Assembly: GCA_965205025.1 (NCBI GenBank)
Contig: CBDBFU010000014.1
Coordinates: 320,001-384,000, forward strand
From: Candidatus Poribacteria bacterium
GTDB lineage: Bacteria; Poribacteria; WGA-4E; WGA-3G
Length of the DNA stretch: 64,000 nucleotides
Direction of reading: 5' to 3'
The first letter of the stretch is position 1, and each line of letters starts with the position of its first letter. The position numbers and the translations under genes were made by a program. The notes below the pieces were generated by a model. The model did no database searches. It saw only the letters and a list, made by a program, of their open reading frames with translations, and was not told where the DNA came from. Below are positions 54,182 through 63,723 of this stretch, one piece after another.

Positions 54182-55636
54182 TGATTTTGTTAATTGTCTC
54201 TAAATACGCCTTGATTTGTGTTCGGTACTTAACTGGTATTCGGTTTGTCTGGATTGCTTGGGCATATTCACGTTGTGCATTGAGTACAACATCACTAAAT
54301 GGCAAATAGTCTGATTCATCCACAGCATCCCTGTTATTACCACTGAAAACTCTCGATGAGGGATTTAGTTCAGATATCGAATTGGAGTTTAGTATTATAT
54401 CTTTTCCATCAATTCCAATAGATGGTATTTGATCTCCTGTGAGGGGTTCAGTTAACTCTGTATTATCTACATTCGATTCTTCATTACTTTCAGATTTTAA
54501 AGAATTTGCCGTGTCATTATTCACTAATGTTCCTTGAGTTTCATTATTAGCGGATTCATCACCAGGAGCACTATCACTACCGGCAAGTCCTCCATTTGAT
54601 TGTTCAAATTCTAAGCCAGCCAAAGCAATGTCTTTTCTACTTTCTGTGAGTTGCTTCTCAAGATCATTCAGTTGATTCAATTGATCTAATGAATTCAGAA
54701 TTTCCTGGAGTGTTTCTTCAGAAACATTTTCTGTTTGTGCCTTCTGTAATGTATTACTCAATATACCTCCTGCCATATTGTCTGAGAGTTTCTCGAGTAA
54801 TTTCCTAATATCTGCCTGAGTTCAGGAGTAAGTTCTGGTTGATTTAGTAATTTTTCAAACTCATTTGCAAGTTCATCAGCATTCATACCCTTAAAGTTTT
54901 GCGTTGCTTGTGTAGCATCTTGAATTGTTGTTTCATCAGGAAGATTCGCTTTTTGTTCTTGAACAATTCTATTTAACTCACGTAAATGTTCTTGTGCAGA
55001 TGAAACATCTTTTACGTTTTTAAGTTTACTTACAGTCTCATTTATCTCATCTTTTAATCTTGGATCCATGATGGAGTTCAACATATTTTCAAGGTTTATA
55101 TATGTAGAATCAATTGCAATTTGTTCTTTAGATGATGGTGGTTCAGGAAGTGTGTATTGCCGTGGAATTGCAAAGGATACACCAATAATTAACAGTGGAA
55201 TAGGTAACCACTTAATAGACTTTGGTAATGAATATGGGAGAACTTTCTGTTGATCTAAGTTTATGATACACTCAGATGTGTTGTGAATTTGCTGTTGTGC
55301 CACTTCATCATCTCTATTTTCTTTTATGAGATTTAGGGCAGTACTAACACGTTCCTTTAATTTTTGGTGTCTATCAACAAGGTGTGCCATATACTGAATT
55401 GATTTTCTATTAAAAAAACTTAGAACTATGCCAAATAGAATGGCACCAATGATAAATATTGATGTTCCTATAGTTATTGAATATGGAAAATTGATAAACC
55501 GTATTCCAACGAATAGTATTGCAAGTATAAACATCACACATAACATCAATAACGACACATGATGTATTATTACCTGTAGGTGTGCTTTTTTTCGCAGATT
55601 GTGTAAATAGTTTATGATATATCTTGAGGGTTCCAT
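54171..55636 (-). CDS. Hypothetical membrane-anchored coiled-coil protein; one gene split near 54802
   Basis: Adding one A gives ILGKLLEKLSDNMAGG, joining 54758..55636 to 54171..54776; LKERVSTAL and IPVKYRTQIKAYL motifs. Confidence 0.65.
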
Positions 55637-56646
55637 TCCATCTTCTCCGTAGCAGAAAAAACTGTCTCAGGCTTTATCCATTCAAGATTTTGGTGTGCCA
55701 CATCAGCATATTCATCCCATTCTTTAGGAGTTAACGTCTTCATATACTCACACCCTTCCTTTGCAATCACAGTATGTTTCTTCCATGGAGGTCCCCATTG
55801 CGTAGGATTAGATCCTCCAAACAGAGCAATTGTTGGTGTCTTTACTGCTGTACTAAGATGCATCGGTCCTGTATCGTTACTGATATATAGATTGCATTTT
55901 TGTAGGATTGCAGCAAGTTGCATCGGTGTAACATTATCAAGTATTAATGGAGTATTTTTCAATCGTAATGATACTTGTTGTGCCAATTCACCTTCTCGCG
56001 GTCCTGTAGTAATCAGAATATGACAATCGTATGCATCATGAAGCATGTTCCCCAGTGTAGCAAATTTGTCGGCAGACCATCTTCGATAGGATGTGGCTGC
56101 TCCTGGATTGAATCCAATGATTGGTTTGTTATCATCCAGATTGTTGTTTTTTATATATTCATCAACCCATACCTTGCCTGATTCATCTATAAATACTTCA
56201 GGTTCATCATCTTCAACATCAATACCAATAGATCGGACAACATCAAGATAGCGTTGTGTTTCGTGTTGGGAGGTATTATTCGGTACAGAGTGTATCAGCA
56301 ATCTTTTTCCACCAGTATTTGTTTTGAATCCGATACGTAATGGTATTCCTGCAATGAAAGTATGCAGGACTAAACGAAAAGTTGGTTGTAATACTACAGC
56401 TAACTGGAACTTCCTACGAACAAGTTGATATAATGACTTTGGGATTGAAGATTGATAGATTATGACTTCATCTAAGTGTGGATTTGCAGAAATTAAATCC
56501 TCACGGGTTGGTGCAACCAAATATGCAATATATGCATCTCGAAAGTGGTGTCTTAATGCTCGGATGACAGGAGTTGTCAACACCGTTTCTCCCAGTGGTG
56601 CATGTCTTATGATAAGGATTCGGTCAATTTCACCAGGAGCATACAT
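55612..56646 (-). CDS. Glycosyltransferase family 9 (heptosyltransferase-like)
   Basis: LGETVLTTP, NPGA..RRW, SNDTGPMHL, PTIALFG. Confidence 0.9.
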   Translation of the reverse strand: MYAPGEIDRILIIRHAPLGETVLTTPVIRALRHHFRDAYIAYLVAPTREDLISANPHLDEVIIYQSSIPKSLYQLVRRKFQLAVVLQPTFRLVLHTFIAGIPLRIGFKTNTGGKRLLIHSVPNNTSQHETQRYLDVVRSIGIDVEDDEPEVFIDESGKVWVDEYIKNNNLDDNKPIIGFNPGAATSYRRWSADKFATLGNMLHDAYDCHILITTGPREGELAQQVSLRLKNTPLILDNVTPMQLAAILQKCNLYISNDTGPMHLSTAVKTPTIALFGGSNPTQWGPPWKKHTVIAKEGCEYMKTLTPKEWDEYADVAHQNLEWIKPETVFSATEKMEWNPQDIS

Positions 56647-56731
56647 TGCAGTACTTCTTCTATAATCTTATAGGAATTGCTATAATCTAATCGCAAGTGT
56701 ATAATACACACAAAACGGATAGGATGTCAAG

Positions 56732-57454
56732 GTGAAAACATATCTGCAAAGACTTAAAGAGACATATCTACACGGATGGGAACGGCAAGAAACAGTCATA
56801 CTTCTAAGTTCTGCCTTCTTATTAACAATTCATAGAAAATATAGTCGAACTCGTATTTTTCGTACACATTTTTCAGAATATTTTATCGACTTCCCACTAT
56901 CTGAAAGTTACCCCTACTACTACTGGTTTCTATCAACTGCAATCACCCTATTTCTATTACCTATAATTGTCGGTTTAATCGGTACGAAAATGCCATTGAA
57001 AGAGTACGGCATTCGACTTGGAAATAGGAAAATTGGATTATTGGTTACCGTTGGTGCAGTTTTATTTATGATACCAGTAATTATGGTTGCTGTTGCAATT
57101 TATCCTGCTTTTTTAAAGAAATATCCGCTCAGTAAGGTTGTAGCAATCAGCTGGAAACCATTCCTTCTATACCAGTTGGCTTATGGTGTTTACATGTACT
57201 CTTGGGAGTTCTTTTTTAGAGGATATATGTTATTTGGTTTGGAGAAACGATTTGGTAATTATAGTATATTAATCCAGACTATTCCATTTGCTGTCATGCA
57301 CTTTTCCAAACCTTTTCCTGAAGCCATCGGTTCAATATTTGCAGGTGTGTTTTTGGGTGTTTTAGCACTCGAAACACGGTCTTTTATCTATGGTGCAACG
57401 ATACATTGGTTGGTTGCTATGACAATGGATATCGTGGCAACAAACTTTAGATGA
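56732..57454 (+). CDS. CPBP (CAAX/Abi) intramembrane protease-like protein
   Basis: WEFFFRG, FAVMH, IHW motifs; multiple TMs. Confidence 0.85.
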   Translation: MKTYLQRLKETYLHGWERQETVILLSSAFLLTIHRKYSRTRIFRTHFSEYFIDFPLSESYPYYYWFLSTAITLFLLPIIVGLIGTKMPLKEYGIRLGNRKIGLLVTVGAVLFMIPVIMVAVAIYPAFLKKYPLSKVVAISWKPFLLYQLAYGVYMYSWEFFFRGYMLFGLEKRFGNYSILIQTIPFAVMHFSKPFPEAIGSIFAGVFLGVLALETRSFIYGATIHWLVAMTMDIVATNFR

Positions 57455-57468
57455 TTTTATGCTATTTC

Positions 57469-57591
57469 AACATCAGTTTGATAACAAAAAATGTCAGTTC
57501 GATAAACAGAATTTTGTCCTGAATATAGTCTTTGTAGCACAAACTTTCCAGTTTGTGCACTCTGGTGTTAACTAAAAGTTCGGGTTACAAT
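57469..57591. repeat. Second copy of the 123-bp dispersed repeat
   Basis: Matches 17475-17597. Confidence 0.85.
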
Positions 57592-57815
57592 GTGTCATAT
57601 CAAACTCTCGTTATTTCAGTAATTGTTTTTACACTCATATACATTTATGTGGGTGTGTTTCTCTATGCAGACGGTAGGATTGTTTGTTCTGAAGTGTTTT
57701 AGGGGGTAGTGTTAGTGCGTTGGCGCGCTAAACTGCTATGAAGTTCTGATTTGATATATGGTAATTTACTGAAACTAATTGACACCTTATGTGTTCTAAT
57801 CAAGTGAAACCATTA

Positions 57816-58232
57816 CTATTCCTTCTCTGATTTACTCTCTCCTTCTTTTTTAAATTGTAACTCAGCCTTTAGGCGTTTATTTTCCTCTTGTAATCTCTTA
57901 TTTTCAGCCTCTAATGCTGCTCTTTGTTTTCGGTTTTCCCGGCTAATTTTGTATTTTTCCAAAGCGTCTTGAGCGAATTTAATACCTGATACAGTGAAAC
58001 CCATGAGAAGTCCTCCTATATGAATCACAAGTGATGATACTAATAAAAAAAGTGGAATAAGCGTGCTTATCTCTAATAAAGTCGTATTAAGATTCTGATT
58101 CTCAGGTTTTATGTAAATCCAATACGGATAAATTAAAATAGCTGCAATCCATATCGCAAATAGCGTCCAGTCATTTATGAATTGTCTGATTGAATGTTGA
58201 TCTTTTTCTTCAGTATCCTTTTTATTTTTCAT
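57816..58232 (-). CDS. Hypothetical 2-TM protein with a C-terminal coiled coil
   Basis: Two hydrophobic stretches; ENKRL repeated. Confidence 0.6.
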   Translation of the reverse strand: MKNKKDTEEKDQHSIRQFINDWTLFAIWIAAILIYPYWIYIKPENQNLNTTLLEISTLIPLFLLVSSLVIHIGGLLMGFTVSGIKFAQDALEKYKISRENRKQRAALEAENKRLQEENKRLKAELQFKKEGESKSEKE

Positions 58233-58377
58233 AATATATAAAAAATTATACGCGATATGTTTATAAAATTCAACAAATAATTAGGTGAAACCCAACATTT
58301 CCTGTATGTCCAGCGTTACATGTTGGGTTTCGTTCCTCAACCCCATAGGCATCAATTTAGTGAGATTCTTATATTTC

Positions 58378-58446
58378 TTCTCTTCTGTAGGAGGGAACTC
58401 CGATTCCCGACTCTTCTCTTCTGTAGGAGGGAACTCCGATCCCCGA
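58378..58446. repeat. Tandem GTAGGAGGGAACTCCGAT REP-like units, 36-bp period
   Basis: Two near-identical units, preceded by a CATAGGCATCAATTTAG end at 58344. Confidence 0.75.
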
Positions 58447-58593
58447 TCTTTCAAGAAGCTAATGCTAAATCTATACCATGGGAATCGATTGTTGTGATTA
58501 ACAGGAAATTATGATAGAATTTCGTCTATCAAAGACTTAATACACTCATATCAGAATGATATACACAAGGAAATTATACCCTTAGGAGTCATC

Positions 58594-59811
58594 ATGGCAG
58601 AGAAACAGTTCAAAGTTCGAGCAGCACATTGTGATTACAGGGCATCAGAAGAAGAGATATATCAGATTTTGCGTCGTATTACGGATCCTCTTACACGTGC
58701 TTGGAAACCTATTGAAGATGCTAAGAAGGTTGTCATTAAATTCAATATGATGAAACCGCATGAACGTATCATCTATTTTGAAGGTCGACGTCGGGAGCTT
58801 GTAGATGATGCTGTGTGCCGTGCTGTTCTCAGATTACTCAAAGAACATACAACTGCACAACTGATTGCAACTGATACAAACCCTTATACCCATGGTCATC
58901 GAATGCCTCCCGGCTTCAACTATGAACACCATCTGAAGGAGTTTGATGTCCAGTTCGTGGATTCAAACCTACCTCCGTTTAAGATATACGATGTCCCAGG
59001 TGGTGGTTCAATGTTTGATCGCTATACATTAAGTTCATGTTTTGAGGATGCAGATGCAGTGGTATCCGTTGCTAAGATGAAAAATCATGCTTTTATGGGT
59101 ATCACCTTATGTACTAAGAATCTTTTTGGTTTACCGCCGATGTTGTTACCTGAAGGTAGAACACGAAGTTATTATCATCATATTATTCGATTGTCGTACG
59201 TCTTGCCTGATCTCGCTTTGATTACAAAACCGTGTTTAAACATCATTGATGCACTCACAGGACAGTGGGGACGAGAATGGGGTGGCGAAGGAAGAATCTG
59301 TAACGCTCTAATTGCTGGGGATCATCCGATTTCCACAGACACAGTAGGTATGCATCTGATGGGTCATGATCCTACTTCTGATTGGCCAACACCTCCGTTT
59401 AAACGTGATAGAAACCATATTCTGATTGCAGCACAACGTGGGTATGGTACCGTCAACTTAGATGAAATTGATTGGGAAAGCGAAGTTAAAGCTCCACTGG
59501 CTGAATTTGATTCTGTTGAAACAGACAGTCAAGAAACGGTTGCAAATTGGCGTCGCACAACCTGTGAACAAGGATTGGTATATCTTGAAAACCAGAGAGA
59601 TATGGTTGATCGGTATCGAGGGGAGTTCATATATTTACAAGGTGGAGAGGTAGTGTGGAATGGACCGGATCCATCTAATCTTGGTAGTCGTCGTCAACTA
59701 AGTGGCCCACAGAAGGATAGTGCCCTTTGGCTTAAACTTGTTGATGCCGAAGAACTTGAAGGTGAACGTTTTGATGTATACGAAGATTGTTTAAAAACCT
59801 TTGCTGCGTAA
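58594..59811 (+). CDS. DUF362 family protein
   Basis: KVVIKFN, KMKNH..ITLCTKNLFG, IIDAL, D-T-V-G..MG; GGAG RBS. Confidence 0.8.
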   Translation: MAEKQFKVRAAHCDYRASEEEIYQILRRITDPLTRAWKPIEDAKKVVIKFNMMKPHERIIYFEGRRRELVDDAVCRAVLRLLKEHTTAQLIATDTNPYTHGHRMPPGFNYEHHLKEFDVQFVDSNLPPFKIYDVPGGGSMFDRYTLSSCFEDADAVVSVAKMKNHAFMGITLCTKNLFGLPPMLLPEGRTRSYYHHIIRLSYVLPDLALITKPCLNIIDALTGQWGREWGGEGRICNALIAGDHPISTDTVGMHLMGHDPTSDWPTPPFKRDRNHILIAAQRGYGTVNLDEIDWESEVKAPLAEFDSVETDSQETVANWRRTTCEQGLVYLENQRDMVDRYRGEFIYLQGGEVVWNGPDPSNLGSRRQLSGPQKDSALWLKLVDAEELEGERFDVYEDCLKTFAA

Positions 59812-59904
59812 TCAACCTGTTAGTATTGATATATTTGGATTCTCTATCCACCTATTTATGGTGAATTTTGAAAATAAATATACACTTTTCTGCCTTGGTA
59901 GGTA

Positions 59905-60151
59905 TTGAGTCCCGGGGAATGCCTAAATGGCATTCATACCCGGGGAATGCCTAAATGTCATTCATACCGTTGATTCCTTGATTACTTGATTTGGTATGGG
60001 CGGAATGTCTATAGAAAAATTGATAGATTTACATTATGATTTAAGTAAAACAGGGACAATCATACAGATAATTGAGTCCCGTAGGGACGGAATGTCTATA
60101 GCAAAAGTGTATACCCCATAATTGAGTCCCGTAGGGACGGAATGTCTATAG
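59905..60151. repeat. GAGTCCCGTAGGGACGGAATGT hairpin repeats (3 copies); the first is filled with self-nested micro-elements
   Basis: Empty copies at ~60073 and ~60123; interrupted copy at 59905-60014. Confidence 0.85.
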
Positions 60152-60242
60152 AATACCGTTTAAACTAAATTGGCTTTTCCGATCTCTATTAATGTAATCA
60201 AATTAAGTAAAATTGGTATTAGATAGTCCAGGAGTATGAATT

Positions 60243-60995
60243 ATGAGTATTTCTGAATCTCAAAAGAAACAGTTAGATGAACAAGGGTGTATTGTCATAC
60301 CTGATGTGTTTTCAGAGGAAGAAATAGAGATGTATAGAGCAGATATCCTCCGAATCGCTGAGGAAGAGAAACAGGATGGTTCTGCATTACGGCATACTGA
60401 AGGCTACGGTCAACATGTACGTTGGTTGATGAATAAGGGGGAGATATATGAACGGATGGTTGCTCACCCTAAGGTCATGCCTTTCTTTGAACATCTACTT
60501 GGCGCGGACTACACCTTAAGTACACTTACATCTAATATCATTGATCCCGGTGCTCCTGATGGTGGATATCATGTTGATAGTGTGTTAGGTGGAATGCCAG
60601 AGCCACTCCCAAGTTTTCCATTAGTTGCCAATAGTTTGTGGTTACTTGATGATTTCACACCAGAGAATGGCGGTACACGTCATGTGCCGGGGATTCATTT
60701 ACAAAGGATAAAACCTCCACCCGGAACAACACACCATCCTGAAGAAGTACGACTATCCGCTCCAAAGGGTTCTGTGTTTTTATTCAATGGAGCGATATGG
60801 CATTCTGCCGGTGCCAATAATACAGATCGTCAACGGATTGCTTTGATATGTTTCTGTTGTCGATCATTTGTGAAACCGATGTTTGATTTTGTTCATCATC
60901 TGAAACCTGATGTTTTTGAACGTGCCACCCCAACGATGCGTCGTATTTACGGATTTGACTCCCAACCTCGACCACCCGACAAACCTAATCAGTAG
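60243..60995 (+). CDS. PhyH-family dioxygenase
   Basis: YHVD, LWLLDDFTPENGGT, WHSAGAN, RIAL. Confidence 0.9.
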   Translation: MSISESQKKQLDEQGCIVIPDVFSEEEIEMYRADILRIAEEEKQDGSALRHTEGYGQHVRWLMNKGEIYERMVAHPKVMPFFEHLLGADYTLSTLTSNIIDPGAPDGGYHVDSVLGGMPEPLPSFPLVANSLWLLDDFTPENGGTRHVPGIHLQRIKPPPGTTHHPEEVRLSAPKGSVFLFNGAIWHSAGANNTDRQRIALICFCCRSFVKPMFDFVHHLKPDVFERATPTMRRIYGFDSQPRPPDKPNQ

Positions 60996-61021
60996 AGATT
61001 AACCAAAGGAGGTAACACATA

Positions 61022-61249
61022 ATGGCTAAAGAGAAAAAGTCAACCCAACAATCCAATAAAAAAGTTGGCGGAGAAAGAATAAACAAATCATGGCTTACGC
61101 CCTCTCGTCCAATAACGCCAACCCCTGAAGGTTCTGTACCCCCTGATACACCATCACAACCTGCACCAAAGACTACGGATACACCGTCAAAGCCAGCACC
61201 AAAACCTACGGATACATCGGCGAAACCACAACCTCGCGAAAAAAAATAG
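61022..61249 (+). CDS. Small Pro/Thr/Lys-rich protein
   Basis: Strong RBS AAGGAGG; DTPSxPAPK-like repeats. Confidence 0.65.
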   Translation: MAKEKKSTQQSNKKVGGERINKSWLTPSRPITPTPEGSVPPDTPSQPAPKTTDTPSKPAPKPTDTSAKPQPREKK

Positions 61250-61385
61250 TTATATTCGTGGAAAACAAGCATAAGGCACGGCTCATTCATTGTGGACGTG
61301 CCTATTCACCTGCAATTCCCTCCACTTGACACAATCCCATCCTTCATGCTATCCTTTTCAAAATAACACAGCATGGAAAACACCA

Positions 61386-63041
61386 ATGACACAAAACTTC
61401 CCCGACAACGCACTATACGAAATGGATAATCTTTCCGTGCTACGCGGCATGAACAGCGAAACCGTTGATCTTATTGCAACCGACCCACCCTTCAACATCA
61501 AACGCAACCGCAGTGGCACCGCTGGCCACTATGTAGACAACTGGAAATGGGGAGACTCCGGCATATTGCCAGACCAATGGAAATGGAATGAAGTACATCC
61601 AAAATGGCTTGAAGAAATCAAAGACAATCACACCGCCTTATACCATGCCATAGACGCTGCGAAACATTGTCAAGGCGAAGATACCGCTGCATTCCTGTGC
61701 TTTCTCAGTGTTAGACTCATTGAAATGCACCGTATTCTAAAAGAGACAGGTAGCATCTATTTGCATTGTGATCCCACCGCAAGCCACTACATCAAAATGT
61801 GTATGGATGCTATCTTTGATCGGAAAAACTTTAGGTCTGAGATTACCTGGAAGCGTGCAACGTCTACACAAAAAGGATCTCAACATCGAAGTAAAAGATG
61901 GGGAAACAACGCGGATATCATTTTCTATTATGCAGCATCTTCTTCCACATCATTGTCTCCAGAGAGAGAGTTGACGGAAACCGAAATCTTAGAGAAATTC
62001 AAGCTTACAGACAAGAATGGACAATTGTATTACGACGACTCCGCCCATATTTGGAGTACTCCAAATATGGGCGCGCGTCCGAACCTTTGTTATGAGTGGC
62101 GCGGTTTCGTGAATCCGCATCCCTCTGGGTGGAGGTTAAGCAAAGAACGTTTGGAGGAAGAATATCAAAAAGGGAATTTCGTTATTCGTCCTGATGGAAA
62201 ACTGGAACGGAGGAAATATCTAAAGGATTACAAAGGCGCGTCTTTTGGTAATATTTGGGATGACGTGCCTCCACCCAGCGGAGAAGAACGCACCGGCTCT
62301 CCCGACCAAAAACCACTTGCCCTCTATGAACGCATTATCAAAGCGAGTAGTAATGAAGGTGATCTTGTATTAGACCCATTCTGCGGATGTGCAACAACGA
62401 TTATCGCTGCCAATAATCTCAAACGTCGCTGGGTCGGTATTGATAGACGTGTGGATGCTCGTTACCACATTATCACTCGACTGATGGGTATTAGCAAAAA
62501 AGAACGCGAAGATCTTGAAAAACTTGCACAGGATGTAGATTGGGTCAACGACTTTCTTGAAAAACAGACTCAGAAATATGAAATCCACTATCAAACAGAT
62601 CCTCCCGTCCGTAACGATGACGAAACCGAACAAGACAATTCCCCGCAGTTATCCCATGTCTATCAGCACCATCTCGAACCGCTGCATAGCCATGCAGAGA
62701 TGCACCAATTCCTTGTTGATCAGTTCGGATTGAAATGTTGGGGGTGCAACTATGTCCCACCCGATAAACGCTATTTACACCTTGACCATATCATTCCGAA
62801 AAGCGATGGTGGTTCGAATGACATAGACAATCGCGCACTCTTATGTCAACCGTGCAATAGTAAGAAATCTAATACGATGAGTCTCACATCGCTACGCAGA
62901 CAAAACAAAAAAGAAGGATATATCCAACAGGGTGAAGCGATAGACCTCCAAGCTGCTTTAGCGTGGACGCGATCCCTTTTAGTCCAAACACTCCGCGAAA
63001 CACCCTATCAACAGCCACTCCCCCTTGAAAGTGAAAGGTAG
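61386..63041 (+). CDS. N6-adenine/N4-cytosine DNA methyltransferase fused to a C-terminal HNH endonuclease
   Basis: TDPPFN, QKPLAL, DPFCGC; CWGC..LHLDHIIPKSDGGSNDIDNRALLCQPCNSKK. Confidence 0.9.
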   Translation: MTQNFPDNALYEMDNLSVLRGMNSETVDLIATDPPFNIKRNRSGTAGHYVDNWKWGDSGILPDQWKWNEVHPKWLEEIKDNHTALYHAIDAAKHCQGEDTAAFLCFLSVRLIEMHRILKETGSIYLHCDPTASHYIKMCMDAIFDRKNFRSEITWKRATSTQKGSQHRSKRWGNNADIIFYYAASSSTSLSPERELTETEILEKFKLTDKNGQLYYDDSAHIWSTPNMGARPNLCYEWRGFVNPHPSGWRLSKERLEEEYQKGNFVIRPDGKLERRKYLKDYKGASFGNIWDDVPPPSGEERTGSPDQKPLALYERIIKASSNEGDLVLDPFCGCATTIIAANNLKRRWVGIDRRVDARYHIITRLMGISKKEREDLEKLAQDVDWVNDFLEKQTQKYEIHYQTDPPVRNDDETEQDNSPQLSHVYQHHLEPLHSHAEMHQFLVDQFGLKCWGCNYVPPDKRYLHLDHIIPKSDGGSNDIDNRALLCQPCNSKKSNTMSLTSLRRQNKKEGYIQQGEAIDLQAALAWTRSLLVQTLRETPYQQPLPLESER

Positions 63042-63281
63042 CATCATCCAAAACATCTTGTAGAAAGATGAAATTTGGAAAGCTCTCCTAAAAAAACAGA
63101 TACATTGTTGGAATCAAGTTACGCTGCAGTCCGCAGGTTTAAGGTTGTAACTATACCCATCACGTTTTTGAAGCAAACGGATTTCGGTAACATCATGGTA
63201 AAGACTCCGATAAGTTGTTGAAACTGCCACCGCTTGCGAACCCGTGGATAGGTAAAGCCATGCCACAGCCAAGTTTGTTTG

Positions 63282-63596
63282 ATGATGTTAACACAGAATA
63301 AACTGGTTAAAACATAGGGTGTATCCATCAAAACGAAAAGAAACTGGAAACAATTTATACTTCGCATTGTATGGGTTCTGTCATCAATAGGTGGAGTAGT
63401 TGGGTTAGTAATACCTATCGTAATGATCTCTGAACCCGGTGCAAATATCTCAGAGTTCGATTTGGAAATCCTTGGTTTTTTTATATTTATTCCCTTATAC
63501 TTGTTCGCTCTTCCTTGGCTATTCTATTTTGTTGGTTACTTTATCATCTATAAAATAATCTTATGGATAATACAAGGACTAAACGAAGAAGATTAA
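63282..63596 (+). pseudogene. Small 2-TM membrane protein with an in-frame TAG at codon 12
   Basis: MMLTQNKLVKT*GVSIKTKRNWKQFILRIVWVLSSIGG...LWIIQGLNEED (manual translation). Confidence 0.45.
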
Positions 63597-63651
63597 ACAT
63601 AATCTAAAAATACATTAATGTATTGCGATAAGGTTGTATAACGCAAGTTAC

Positions 63652-63710
63652 TTGACATGCATTACTATATTTACTATAATTGTAATATAATTAATTATAC
63701 TATAGTATAA
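63652..63710 (+). promoter_or_regulatory. Consensus sigma70 promoter plus a 16-bp palindromic candidate operator
   Basis: TTGACA(63652)-17 bp-TATAAT(63675); TTATACTATAGTATAA at 63695-63710 just before AGGAG. Confidence 0.7.
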
Positions 63711-63723
63711 AAAGGAGATACCC

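Noticed and set aside
60069-60151. Repeat-spacer-repeat pattern (also 8950-9030, 9055-9268, 18775-18920) resembling a mini-CRISPR
   Set aside because: Only 2-3 units, short or related spacers, dispersed copies across the window and no cas genes; these are REP-like repeats.
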